Shown here: positions 19,933 through 29,824 of the stretch, piece by piece
How the letters are laid out: each line of letters starts with the position of its first letter
Position numbering within the stretch: position 1 is the stretch's first letter
IMG/VR virus record: IMGVR_UViG_3300011008_000049
Coordinates: 1 to 64,000 of that record
From: a virus
Taxonomy: Duplodnaviria; Caudoviricetes
Length of the DNA stretch: 64,000 bases
Reading direction: 5' to 3' (one strand)
Made by a program: the position numbers and the translations under genes
Notes under the pieces: generated by a model
The model's database searches: none
Told to the model about the DNA's origin: nothing
What the model saw: only the letters and a program-made list of their open reading frames with translations

Positions 19933-20097
19933 ATGGAAAACAAGTTTTATTCCAAAGGCGAGTTGAAAGACAAAAAGATTCTTGAAGTTTTGAAGAAGTT
20001 ACCGGAGCAATACGAAAATGGAGAAATTGCAGAGGTAAGAGATATAATGGAAGAAATCATTTTTGCGATTGATGAATTTGAAAAGAGCGGGCAATGA
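19933..20097 (+). CDS. hypothetical protein
   Basis: GGAG RBS before ATG 19933. Confidence 0.6.
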   Translation: MENKFYSKGELKDKKILEVLKKLPEQYENGEIAEVRDIMEEIIFAIDEFEKSGQ

Positions 20098-20291
20098 ATA
20101 AAAGAATAGTCGAATTGACCGAACTTGAAACAGAAAAAGCAAATGCCTGTATTATGTTGATTGCAAAAGACTTTGAAATACAGTGTTATAAAAACGGAAT
20201 TGATATAAACGGAAACGATGAACTTGCACAAAAAGCAAGATTCTATTCTGACCTTGCGAAGAAGTTTGAAAGAGGTTTAGTCCAGAGCTAA
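20094..20291 (+). CDS. hypothetical protein
   Basis: ATGA overlap. Confidence 0.65.
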   Translation: MNKRIVELTELETEKANACIMLIAKDFEIQCYKNGIDINGNDELAQKARFYSDLAKKFERGLVQS

Positions 20292-20331
20292 ACTTTTTTC
20301 AAAAAAATTAAAAATAATTTGGAATAACCTC

Positions 20332-20382
20332 TTGACAAATCGGGAACACTATGCTATAATGAGTATAGTAAATGAGTTACTA
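20332..20382 (+). promoter_or_regulatory. sigmaA promoter with TAGTAA-N5-TTACTA operator
   Basis: TTGACA-N17-TATAAT; palindrome 20366-20382. Confidence 0.8.
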
Positions 20383-20405
20383 CTAAAACAAAGGAGCGAA
20401 AAACA

Positions 20406-22259
20406 ATGACAAACATTACTTTGAGAAACGATTTGAATGGTATCGAAATCCGATTTGACGGAAAGCCCGCAGAAGAGGTTATTTCTTCCCTGAAAGAGAA
20501 CGGATTCCGTTGGAGCGGTAAGCAGAAAATGTGGTATGCGAAGCAGAGTGCAAGCCGTATTGACTTTGCAATGTCAATCGGGGGCATTGAGAATACCGAT
20601 GATGGTTTTTCTAACACCGTAAAAAATAAGACGGAGCAAATTCCTACTTATGATTTGTGGGGAATGACCCGTACAGATGGTATCGAAAACAATTACGAAA
20701 AGTACCATATTCACGATTGTAAAGAAATCGCAGCCATTATCCGCAAGCATATCCGCGCCAGATTCAAGATGTGCAGATGGTCGGTTACTTCCGATTATAA
20801 CAGCATTGATATTGACCTTCTTTCCAGCCCTTTCGCAAAGGACAGCGAAGAAGTAAAAGCAATCGTTCATTATGTTTATAAGTTTTCACAGAGTTATAAC
20901 TATGATAACAGTGATTATATGAGTGATTACTTTGATGTCAATTTCTACGGTGTGCATGAGGGAAGCATTGTTTCTTGGAAATATGAACAGACCGAACTGA
21001 CGGTTGAAATGAAGAACATTTCCGACAAATACCAGGAGCGCAAGGCAGAGTTTGAAAAGGCAGAAGCCGAGCGAGAAGAAAGAGAATTCCAGGAAAGAAT
21101 GGCGCAGAGAGAAATCGAGCGTAAAGAAGCCGAGAGAATCAGAGCGGAAGCCGATGCAATTCACGAAAAGATTGAGGCAAATCATACCGTTAAAGAAGTC
21201 AATTATTTTGTTATGAACGCTGATACTTCAACGGTTAATAAGATGAATTCTGTTTCTTCAATCGAGGAATACGAAGAACACAAGAGAGAAAATTGCAAGG
21301 TTACAAGAGAAGTCTATATGACCGAAGAAATCTATCAGATGTTCTCAAATCATCTTCTTGCTGATTATTCTTTCCTTGCCGGAATGGGCGGTACTGCAAC
21401 AGATGACCTCCGCATTCAGTCAATAGATGATTACAGAATGATGGATAGGGACGATAGAGATACCGTTGAATGGTATAACACAAATTGCGTTGCCATTTAT
21501 TGCGGTGATGACCTGAAACTTGTTATCAATCCTGAAGGATTCAGTTACGCCAGATATACTTATATCGTTGATAGTAAGAGTTATCGAGTTGACGATTACA
21601 GCGGAGCAAGCGGAATTACCGAAGAAGAACATCAGAAGAATCTTGAACTTGCCGAAACGATTGAAGATGTAAGCACCGGAATCATTGTAAATAATGAACT
21701 TCAAAACATTTGGGACAATGACGGATTTGACACTTATAGAGCGTTGATGAAAGAGTGGATTTATTCTCATGATTTCAAGTTTAACGTTGGAGTTATCAGA
21801 GCCGTTGAAAACGAAAGATTAAAGATTGCGCTATATCGAATCTATCGTGAAGTTGTAAGTATTACAGAGCAATTCAAATGTGCAGACTTGAAAGCCGGAC
21901 AGAGACTAACGATGATTTACATTAGCGATTTCGGCGGAATAGTGACTCATAGAGTGACTTTCGCAGATGTCCAGTACGGAAGATATGCACAGTATGAAAA
22001 CGCCGTAAAACTGATTTATAAGCCCCAGAAAGGCAGAAATCTTTGTTATAACTGGTTTCATAGGGATATGCTTGTATTCGATGGTTGGTTTGAGCTTCCG
22101 GAAAGTGTTTTATGGGAGGAACTTCCGAGTGTGAACGGTGTTGCACTGAAAAAGACAAAATTTATGTCATGCGATAATAAACAGTACGATGCTATTCTTG
22201 AATACTTTAACTCTATCGGAGTTAAGCCGATTATCAACACATATAAACCGCAGTTTTAA
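20406..22259 (+). CDS. polyvalent-protein-associated (LPD29-like) domain protein
   Basis: GFRWS..KMWYA N-domain; IRKHIR..F..WSV..SYNYDNSDYMSDYFDVNFY; coiled coil. Confidence 0.6.
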   Translation: MTNITLRNDLNGIEIRFDGKPAEEVISSLKENGFRWSGKQKMWYAKQSASRIDFAMSIGGIENTDDGFSNTVKNKTEQIPTYDLWGMTRTDGIENNYEKYHIHDCKEIAAIIRKHIRARFKMCRWSVTSDYNSIDIDLLSSPFAKDSEEVKAIVHYVYKFSQSYNYDNSDYMSDYFDVNFYGVHEGSIVSWKYEQTELTVEMKNISDKYQERKAEFEKAEAEREEREFQERMAQREIERKEAERIRAEADAIHEKIEANHTVKEVNYFVMNADTSTVNKMNSVSSIEEYEEHKRENCKVTREVYMTEEIYQMFSNHLLADYSFLAGMGGTATDDLRIQSIDDYRMMDRDDRDTVEWYNTNCVAIYCGDDLKLVINPEGFSYARYTYIVDSKSYRVDDYSGASGITEEEHQKNLELAETIEDVSTGIIVNNELQNIWDNDGFDTYRALMKEWIYSHDFKFNVGVIRAVENERLKIALYRIYREVVSITEQFKCADLKAGQRLTMIYISDFGGIVTHRVTFADVQYGRYAQYENAVKLIYKPQKGRNLCYNWFHRDMLVFDGWFELPESVLWEELPSVNGVALKKTKFMSCDNKQYDAILEYFNSIGVKPIINTYKPQF

Positions 22260-22269
22260 GGAGAAAACT

Positions 22270-22530
22270 ATGGATAAATGTTTTTCAAAGGGCAATACAT
22301 TTTCCGTATGCCGATTGGACACGGATAAAATGGAGTATGTAAGGCTTTATGAATTTATAGAAACACTGGAAGAAGCCTACATTTTGGCACAGTATTCAAT
22401 GAAAGCACATAGAACAAGTTATTCGCAACTGATATTTATTTTTCCTGGATGGAATATAGGAATTGAGGAAAAGCCGGAAATGTATCAGAAAGCGATTGAA
22501 CTTGATAAAAAGTATAAGGAGGAAGATTAA
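22270..22530 (+). CDS. hypothetical protein
   Basis: AAGGAG RBS before ATG 22270. Confidence 0.65.
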   Translation: MDKCFSKGNTFSVCRLDTDKMEYVRLYEFIETLEEAYILAQYSMKAHRTSYSQLIFIFPGWNIGIEEKPEMYQKAIELDKKYKEED

Positions 22531-22815
22531 ATGAATTTTGATAAGAAGCAGGAAGATATTATCAGAAGGGCGATTATGGCGGAAACTTCCGCTTTGAACA
22601 GTCCAAAGGGACAGGAAATCATGCAGCAGCTTCTTGATAAAGCAAAGGAACAGAATCCAAATCTCACGCCGGAACAGTGGAGCGAAATTAAAAAGAATTT
22701 TCTCATTGTAATTTTCAATGAGATTATCAAGGAAAACCCTGGTTTTGTAAATCATTTTGCGAAAATCGTAAAAGAATATATAGAAAAGGAAAGGAACGAT
22801 AACGATGAAGATTAA
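22531..22815 (+). CDS. hypothetical protein, paralog of 6175..6447
   Basis: AGGAGG RBS; shared motif. Confidence 0.75.
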   Translation: MNFDKKQEDIIRRAIMAETSALNSPKGQEIMQQLLDKAKEQNPNLTPEQWSEIKKNFLIVIFNEIIKENPGFVNHFAKIVKEYIEKERNDNDED

Positions 22816-23136
22816 AGCAGGTAAGGAATCGGATTACAAGAAATTTGTTGAGGTAAACAGTAAAGACCCGTATTCTTCCGCAGTTGTTTCTTATGCGGAA
22901 CGATGGGCGGACATGATGGAATCAAGAATCCTTCGGGGGAGAGATTGATTGACATTGCAGATGAGACTTCCCGTAAAGCAGATACAGATGGAATCACTGG
23001 TTTCATGTATGGATGTGCTGTAAATGCTCTTTCTCAACTTTGGGAATATGGTGAGGAATTGAGAAAATGGCATAATAAAGAGTACAATTACGATGGAGAC
23101 GGTGTAGTTAATCCGGCAATCTTAACAATCGGATGA
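22805..23136 (+). pseudogene. hypothetical protein frameshifted at G5 tract 22935-22939
   Basis: One extra G joins MKIKAGKE..RWADMME to ...GITGFMYGCAV..GVVNPAILTIG. Confidence 0.6.
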
Positions 23137-23352
23137 AAGGAATATACATATGATTGTAGGAGAAGTTGTTGAAATACTTATACAGATGCGCGATAATATG
23201 GTGCTTGACCGTAGAACCGATGAAGCCGTATGCGCCGCCTGTAATATACTTGATGAACTTCCGCGATTAGAAGAAGCGGAAATCGTAAGAGAACAATTGA
23301 GAGAGCGTAAAAAAGAAAATTAAAAATAATTTGGAAAAGTTTCAAAAAAGAC

Positions 23353-23403
23353 TTGACAAACGGAAAAGGTGGAGGTATAATGTGTATAGTAAATGAGTTA
23401 CTA
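23353..23403 (+). promoter_or_regulatory. sigmaA promoter with TAGTAA-N5-TTACTA operator
   Basis: TTGACA-N17-TATAAT; palindrome 23387-23403. Confidence 0.8.
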
Positions 23404-23418
23404 CAAGGAGGTAACGAC

Positions 23419-24366
23419 ATGAGTACAGCAACAATGCAGATTACATCTCCCCTTTTTCCTGGTAAGGTAATTGTTTTTCCGCAGGAGCAGCAGGGACAGA
23501 AATTGAAGAAAGACGGTACGCCGAAAAACATTGTATGTAATAAGAAGAAAGGTAAGAAATCGGAAGTATATCCTTTTGAAATTGAGGATATGAAGAAGAT
23601 GATTCACTACTTCTATGACAACGAAATGTGGGCGCATTACTTGATTTTCGTTATGTCGTGCAACATGGCAAGACGTATCGGTGATACTTTATCTCTGACC
23701 TGGGAGCATATCTTCAATCCGGAAACCGGTAAGATGAGGGCAGACCTTCTTGAAATTGTTGAAGATAAGACGGATAAACTCGCCAACCCACGAATTAACA
23801 CAGCTTGCAGGAAAGCAATTGAACTCTATATCGAAAAGACGAAATGCAATCCAGCGGAAAACGGTTATAAGGGCTATGTATTCATGCAGACAAGCGGAAC
23901 AGGCAAAGGAAACGTTCTTTCCGCCGATGGCTACCGTAAGGCGCTGAAAAAGGTTGCTGTTGCGGTTGGTATTGAATACAATGTCGGAACGCATAGCCCG
24001 CGTAAGACTTTCGGTAAAATGAGCAGAATGCTCCATCCGGGAGATTACGACAGTATGGAACTCCTTCAGACGATTTACAACCACAGCGATACAAAGACTA
24101 CAAAGCACTATATCGGCTTAACCAAACAGAAGGTTGATAAATACTATGACGATATGGGCGAATTCTTTGATGACTATGTGACCGGCGACAAGACGTTTGA
24201 GGATAATTCCGATAAGCCGATTATCAGTCTGGATTCAAATGACCTTCGTGATATTATTGCGGCGGCATACAAGGCAGGAAGCGAAAATGCCGGAGATTCC
24301 GATGGAATGGTTCACATCGAAGCAATCAATGAGATTATGCAGATGATAGAGGGATTAGCAAAATGA
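23419..24366 (+). CDS. tyrosine recombinase/integrase
   Basis: RIGD, HSPRK, NH, Y catalytic residues; AAGGAGG RBS before 23419. Confidence 0.85.
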   Translation: MSTATMQITSPLFPGKVIVFPQEQQGQKLKKDGTPKNIVCNKKKGKKSEVYPFEIEDMKKMIHYFYDNEMWAHYLIFVMSCNMARRIGDTLSLTWEHIFNPETGKMRADLLEIVEDKTDKLANPRINTACRKAIELYIEKTKCNPAENGYKGYVFMQTSGTGKGNVLSADGYRKALKKVAVAVGIEYNVGTHSPRKTFGKMSRMLHPGDYDSMELLQTIYNHSDTKTTKHYIGLTKQKVDKYYDDMGEFFDDYVTGDKTFEDNSDKPIISLDSNDLRDIIAAAYKAGSENAGDSDGMVHIEAINEIMQMIEGLAK

Positions 24367-24677
24367 AGATTTGGGTTGATGATGTACGCCCAGCACCAGA
24401 AGGATATGTTTGGTGTAAAAGTGTATATGATGCAATTTATGTAATTGAGGGCGCGTACTTGTATCATTGGGTATGTAAACCCGATGAAGAAATAGAATTA
24501 TTAGATATTGACCACGATGCAGGAGATTATGCAAGGTATGGCGGAGATTATATAAAATTGCTTGACTGGCTTGAAGAAGTCGGATTGAGTTTACCAATCC
24601 ATATTCATTCTATGAATCCTGTCGGAGTTGAAAATATGAGAAGGATTATCCAAAGAAATAAATGGATTGAAGTGTAG
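24363..24677 (+). CDS. cyclic-phosphate-processing receiver-like domain protein
   Basis: IWVDDVRP, LDIDHDAG, IHSMNPVG motifs. Confidence 0.7.
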   Translation: MKIWVDDVRPAPEGYVWCKSVYDAIYVIEGAYLYHWVCKPDEEIELLDIDHDAGDYARYGGDYIKLLDWLEEVGLSLPIHIHSMNPVGVENMRRIIQRNKWIEV

Positions 24678-24690
24678 AAAGGAATAGTTT

Positions 24691-24903
24691 ATGGCGGAAG
24701 TAAAAGGTATTCCGAAAACAGAGCGAATATGGGTAAAACGCACGACATTAAAAGGTGAAGTGTTTTACACAACATCAAAAGAAAATGACCGAAGTTATTA
24801 CTTCTTATATAAAATGGAAGGAGATAAAGCGGTTAAGTTAGGAAAATCTAAATCACCTGTTGAATTGGAACGAAAGTACATAGATGGAGGAAAAGATGAT
24901 TAG
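24691..24903 (+). CDS. hypothetical protein
   Basis: RBS. Confidence 0.7.
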   Translation: MAEVKGIPKTERIWVKRTTLKGEVFYTTSKENDRSYYFLYKMEGDKAVKLGKSKSPVELERKYIDGGKDD

Positions 24904-25579
24904 TAGATACGATGTAAGGCGATATGAAGAAAAACATCCGGACACATGGTTTTCTATTGATGAAAAAGATAACATAATTAATAAAGAAGATGGAGAAGTT
25001 GTATGTTCTCTTGATACTTTCGTTGATATTCTCCGCAAGAAGAATCATTGTGATTTTGAATCTGTTTATTATTGTCATGCGACATTACAAGATACAATTC
25101 GTTGTAAAGAATGCGGGACTGTAATATTTGCAACGGATGATGAATGGGGGTATGACCCGAACTTATGTTGTCCTACTTGCGGGAAATATGAAACAGACCT
25201 TGAATACTGGACTGCCGAAGAAATTGAGAATGACCCTAAAAAGAAAAATACGATTGAATTTCTTGAACAAATGGAAAGAGATTCAATCGAAGCTGAAAAG
25301 AGACGGAAGAAACGAAACGGAAAATATGATTGGCAAATCGGAAGTTGCAGAATTAAACTCGGAAGCCGCGCTCTATATTTTGATTTAGAATGTGATAATC
25401 TTTTCAGAACAAAATTGAAAGGGTTAAGGCTTCAAGTGAATTGGGCGCATAAAGAAGATTTCGGATTTGTTTATAAAAAGCATTTCACAATTCCTCTTTC
25501 CTTCTCGTCTTTAAGGATTCAGATACACATTCATAGTAAGAAATGGAAAGAAGAAAATAAGGAGGTATTTTTCAGTTGA
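24884..25579 (+). CDS. zinc-finger hypothetical protein
   Basis: CKECG and CPTCG pairs. Confidence 0.7.
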   Translation: MEEKMISRYDVRRYEEKHPDTWFSIDEKDNIINKEDGEVVCSLDTFVDILRKKNHCDFESVYYCHATLQDTIRCKECGTVIFATDDEWGYDPNLCCPTCGKYETDLEYWTAEEIENDPKKKNTIEFLEQMERDSIEAEKRRKKRNGKYDWQIGSCRIKLGSRALYFDLECDNLFRTKLKGLRLQVNWAHKEDFGFVYKKHFTIPLSFSSLRIQIHIHSKKWKEENKEVFFS

Positions 25580-25866
25580 CAATTAAAAACGGAATTTACA
25601 AGTGCAAGCCAGACGGATGTTATGGAGAAATCACAATCGAAGTCAAGGAAACGGAGAAAGCGTTTTCGTTCAAGTTGATTGAAAATACTTGCCGATACAG
25701 TCCGGCACACATTGATATGCTATTCTCAAAATCAGATAAGGTTATCAATAAGAAACAGGGCGGCAAACATCCTATGAGATTTGTTTCCGGCATGACAGAT
25801 TGGTTTGTTATCTATCCATATCAAGCAGGTATTCCATTTTCTTTTGACCTGGTGAAAGAATTCTAA
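25576..25866 (+). CDS. hypothetical protein
   Basis: AAGGAGG RBS, TTG start. Confidence 0.7.
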   Translation: MTIKNGIYKCKPDGCYGEITIEVKETEKAFSFKLIENTCRYSPAHIDMLFSKSDKVINKKQGGKHPMRFVSGMTDWFVIYPYQAGIPFSFDLVKEF

Positions 25867-25896
25867 AATTATTTATAAATAATTTGGAATAACCTC

Positions 25897-25947
25897 TTGA
25901 CAAATACCATACCATATGCTATAATACTTATAGTAACAGAGTTACTA
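25897..25947 (+). promoter_or_regulatory. sigmaA promoter with TAGTAA-N5-TTACTA operator
   Basis: TTGACA-N17-TATAAT; palindrome 25931-25947. Confidence 0.8.
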
Positions 25948-26064
25948 TTAATGGGCTGGAGGAGGTCGAACATAACATAGCCCATAAACTTTCATAAGTT
26001 ACACGCAGCAAATCCAGCCTATGAGCAAGTTTTACATATGAGATAGTAAAGGCAGGTATGGATT

Positions 26065-26448
26065 ATGCTGAACGAAAGGAACTACGACACAAAACCGCAT
26101 TGCGGAGAAATATGGATGTGCTACCTTACGAACAAAGACGGAAGTGTTCAGGGTGGTTACAGACCCGTATTCATTCTCTCTAACGACAAGAACAATACAT
26201 ATAGCACAACGCTTAACATTATTCCGATAACATCTAAAATGAACAAGCGCAAATTGCCGGTTCATGTTGAGCTTTGGAGTTATCAGCAATACGGATTAAG
26301 GACTCCAAGTACAATGTTAGTTGAACAGATAATGACCGTTAATTCAGAATGTTTAGACAAAAGAATCGGATGTGTAAGTGATAGTGAAACTTTGTGCAGC
26401 ATTAGAATGGCTATGTCTGTGCAGTTTCCGGTTTTGGCAATGGCTTAA
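26065..26448 (+). CDS. PemK/MazF-family endoribonuclease
   Basis: GEIW..GSVQGG.RPV.ILSND..N..IIPITS..LPVHVEL..EQI. Confidence 0.85.
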   Translation: MLNERNYDTKPHCGEIWMCYLTNKDGSVQGGYRPVFILSNDKNNTYSTTLNIIPITSKMNKRKLPVHVELWSYQQYGLRTPSTMLVEQIMTVNSECLDKRIGCVSDSETLCSIRMAMSVQFPVLAMA

Positions 26449-26466
26449 AAATAATACGGAAAAGCC

Positions 26467-26495
26467 TTGACAAATACTATTAAATTTGCTATAAT
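26467..26495 (+). promoter_or_regulatory. sigmaA promoter
   Basis: TTGACA-N17-TATAAT. Confidence 0.8.
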
Positions 26496-26527
26496 GATAA
26501 CAAGTCGTAGATTCGAGGTGTAATGTT

Positions 26528-27520
26528 ATGGGTAAAATTACAACAAAAGAGATTTTAGATGGATATTATGAAAGTGTTGCCGGAACTTCCGCAGCGTTGA
26601 CAAGAGTACAGATTGATAAAGCAGAGTTATATGCCTATGAAATGAAAATCGGCAAAGAATTCATTGACATGGACGTTGATGATTTGTTTGGACTGATTAT
26701 TGAACTGAAAAATAAGAGAAAAGGGAAAGAAATAAATTACATGATTTCTCATTCCTCTTATGACCAGATTTCAACACTATTCAGAGCGATTTTCAATTGG
26801 TATATCGACAATGTTGAAATTATCAAGAACCCTCTCAATGATAAGCGGATGAAAGGCAAAGAGGCAACGAAACGCCTTGCACAAGGTCGAGAACCGTTTA
26901 GATGGAAAATCGTTGAGGATGTTATTAAAAAACTTCATCAGGAGAAAGACCAGGATAACGCAGATTATATTGAATTAATAATGCTGATGTTCTATAATGG
27001 TTTTTCAAAAGCGGAAGAAGTTGTAAAACTTCAAGAGAATATGATTGACCATAGAAATCATACGGCGAAACTTCCCGGCAGAACTGTTCATCTTTCTGAA
27101 AGATGTTACGAGCTTCTTCAAAAGTTTCACAATATGGAAGAAATCGAAGGTTGGCGTGGCAATTATCTGATGGCAAGTTGGAACGGTAGTTACTTCAAAT
27201 TCATTATTCGGCAAAGCCAAGAGGATAAGTTGAACGAAAGACCTATGACAGCAATGTGCGATATTCTAAATCGAGCATTAGCGGTAAATGTCAATGACAG
27301 ATTTGGAATTAAGATTAACTATCATATTCTTTATCTCTTGGGATTCTATGATTTCATAGTCAGCAAATACGGAGAGGAAAGAACAAGCGAAATGCTAACC
27401 TCTTATAGAAATTCGGAAGATGTAACGGCATTGATGAGTGCAGCACGAGAATACGGTGTAGAAGTGGATAATATATCTCATCTTAAACGGTATTTAAGAC
27501 CGTTCATCGAGGCGGATTAA
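26528..27520 (+). CDS. recombinase-fold protein, MrpR/YopR-like repressor candidate
   Basis: SAM-like N-domain with ..KNP.., LMFYNG..EEVVKL box I lacking catalytic Arg, no HxxR. Confidence 0.55.
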   Translation: MGKITTKEILDGYYESVAGTSAALTRVQIDKAELYAYEMKIGKEFIDMDVDDLFGLIIELKNKRKGKEINYMISHSSYDQISTLFRAIFNWYIDNVEIIKNPLNDKRMKGKEATKRLAQGREPFRWKIVEDVIKKLHQEKDQDNADYIELIMLMFYNGFSKAEEVVKLQENMIDHRNHTAKLPGRTVHLSERCYELLQKFHNMEEIEGWRGNYLMASWNGSYFKFIIRQSQEDKLNERPMTAMCDILNRALAVNVNDRFGIKINYHILYLLGFYDFIVSKYGEERTSEMLTSYRNSEDVTALMSAAREYGVEVDNISHLKRYLRPFIEAD

Positions 27521-27529
27521 AGGCAATTA

Positions 27530-27555
27530 TAGACTGCCTGAAACATGGCAGTCTA
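27530..27555 (+). terminator. hairpin after repressor-like gene
   Basis: TAGACTGCC...GGCAGTCTA. Confidence 0.6.
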
Positions 27556-27615
27556 TATAAAATGATTATAAAATAAGACGGAATAACACTAAAACAGAGA
27601 AAAGGAGCGGGAGCA

Positions 27616-28168
27616 TTGGGTGTATATGTCCTAACAGATGGAAGCGGTACTTATATTCGCAAAGATGAAGCAACTGGAAGATATGTACCGATTAGAAGTT
27701 TTAAGCACGCAAAACAATGGGATAGCATTCTGAAGGCAAAATCTGTATTGGATAATTCTATTTCAAAGTCAATCAGAAATTCATATGCTGTTCAGTTGGT
27801 AGACACAGAAGAAATCATTGAGAAAGAAGATTTAAGCAAACAGAACGAATTGATTTTCCGGGAAATCGAGGATGATAATATATCCGATTGGTTATCCAAG
27901 ATAAATACTATTAAAGATGTTCTCTCCGGTTCTGATAGTCGTGTTAGTGAGTTGACGGAAAAGTTAAGCGAGGTTGACAGAGAAATTGTTGACGTTCAGC
28001 ATTACATAGAATTTGGAAAGTTTAATTGTTATCAGGATTAAACATGATTAAGCAATGCAAATTTGATATGACTTCAATCTCTGCTCTATCTCAAACAATT
28101 TCAGATGCAAAGAACAAGTGTTATACTCCGAGAGCTTTTCCGGAATTGTTTAGGAGCGGAAAATGATA
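27616..28168 (+). pseudogene. coiled-coil hypothetical protein, apparently broken near 28040
   Basis: ORF stops at 28041; a plausible C-terminus (..KQCKFD..CYTPRAFPELF) follows in another frame. Confidence 0.45.
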
Positions 28169-28302
28169 AAGAAATTACGATTATGGTTACATGACCTGAA
28201 ACCGCGCATTTATAATTGTCCAGATGTTTATTACATAGTCTGGCGCGGAAACGAATACATAATTAAAAAATGTGGAAATAATTACAGATTTAGGGGGTGA
28301 AA

Positions 28303-28574
28303 ATGTGGGAGCAGACGTTTTTGAAAAGTTGGTAAAAGAAATCGTTGCGAAATATACCAACGAGCATCTTGATAAAAGTGATGATAAGCAGATTACAGAA
28401 GATGATGTATTTATCGTTTGGCAGGTTAAGGCTTTGCAGAATAACAAGGCATTAGCAAGTACAACTCTCTTTGACGGAATGTATTATGAACTTACTTATA
28501 ACGGCGATAAAGAAGAAATCTATCTCGATGCTTATAAGAAGTGGGAAAACAAATGTATCAGTCTGAAAGGATGA
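28303..28574 (+). CDS. DUF6275-like phage protein
   Basis: DVFIVW..KALQNNKALASTT..DGMYYELTYNGDK.EIYLDAYKKWEN. Confidence 0.7.
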
Positions 28575-28578
28575 TTAA

Positions 28579-28890
28579 ATGAAAGTCGGAGATTATATCG
28601 GCGCTTTGTATAAGAAAACGAAGCCGGACGGAAAAGAAGTATGGGAACTATGCGAAAGTAAGATAACCAGAATTGTCCAGAACACGAAAGGAACAAGAGT
28701 ATATAGCAAGAGATTCAATGCTCTCGATATTGATGAAATTCAAAGCAATACGGAGATGATGGAAGAAGCCGATAACTTTATTCTTGTTCGTGAAGTTGTA
28801 TTGCTCAATGAAATAACCAGACCGAAATATGAACGGTGGGTAAAATGGGCGAATGAGAATCCGGATGAAGTAAAGTCGATATTACAATAA
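28579..28890 (+). CDS. hypothetical protein
   Basis: RBS. Confidence 0.7.
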   Translation: MKVGDYIGALYKKTKPDGKEVWELCESKITRIVQNTKGTRVYSKRFNALDIDEIQSNTEMMEEADNFILVREVVLLNEITRPKYERWVKWANENPDEVKSILQ

Positions 28891-28932
28891 AAGACGAGTT
28901 TTATTATCAATTTTGAAAGGAGATTATAAGAT

Positions 28933-29280
28933 ATGGTAGAAATGAGACTACGCCCAAGCGGTAGCATTGTCCGTGTTTACAGTTTTAATTCAGATGGAAC
29001 GGCTTTTATTTTTGACCCAATGGCATATATGAATAACAATCAAGGAATGATTAAGGTTAAAATCGGAAAACTTGTTCCAATTGATTATCCTCTGCATAAT
29101 TCTGATGCGTGTTCTAAAACAAAAAAGAATAAGGCAAAAGCAAGATTACATTTAGTTGATGCCGTATGGGAATCCACAGATGGAATCAAATACAGCCATG
29201 ACTGTATCGAAGAAGCAATTCAACATGAATTAGACCTTATGGAAAAAGAAAATAATGAAAGTGAGATTGTTAAAGAATGA
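28933..29280 (+). CDS. hypothetical protein
   Basis: AAGGAG RBS. Confidence 0.7.
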   Translation: MVEMRLRPSGSIVRVYSFNSDGTAFIFDPMAYMNNNQGMIKVKIGKLVPIDYPLHNSDACSKTKKNKAKARLHLVDAVWESTDGIKYSHDCIEEAIQHELDLMEKENNESEIVKE

Positions 29281-29822
29281 AGAAACTATTAGTTGTAGTT
29301 GATATGCAAAATGACTTTATAGATGGCTCTCTTGGCACAAAAGAGGCAGAAGCTATTGTTCCGAATGTTGTAGATAAGATTGAGAAATGGGATGGAGATA
29401 TTATTACTACACAAGATACTCATTTTGACAATTATCTGAATACAAGAGAAGGAAGATATTTGCCGGTTCAACATTGTATTTCTGGAACAAATGGTCATAA
29501 AATTAATGAAAAAGTCAATGAAGCCGTTCTGTCATCTGGTCATCATATAATGAATGTTAGTAAGTTCTCATTTGGTAGCAAGGGACTTCCGCATTTCATA
29601 TTTAATGAGATTTTCAAAAATGGAACAGAATACGGATATATTGAAATCATCGGATTATGTACCGATATATGTGTTGTTTCAAATGCACTTTTGTTAAAAA
29701 CACATTATCCAGAAGTTGATATTGCTGTTGATGCTTCCTGTTGCGCCGGTGTTACGCCAGAAAGCCATAAAGCTGCGCTTCTTACCATGAAGATGTGCCA
29801 AATTGATATTATCGGAGAATAA
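29277..29822 (+). CDS. pncA: nicotinamidase (isochorismatase family)
   Basis: VVDMQNDF..GSLG, TQDTH, HC, K, GLCTDICV. Confidence 0.85.
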   Translation: MKKLLVVVDMQNDFIDGSLGTKEAEAIVPNVVDKIEKWDGDIITTQDTHFDNYLNTREGRYLPVQHCISGTNGHKINEKVNEAVLSSGHHIMNVSKFSFGSKGLPHFIFNEIFKNGTEYGYIEIIGLCTDICVVSNALLLKTHYPEVDIAVDASCCAGVTPESHKAALLTMKMCQIDIIGE

Positions 29823-29824
29823 AA

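Noticed and set aside
23419-24366. Recombinase as marker of a prophage boundary
   Set aside because: Phage-like genes continue on both sides and no att-like repeat or host gene was seen
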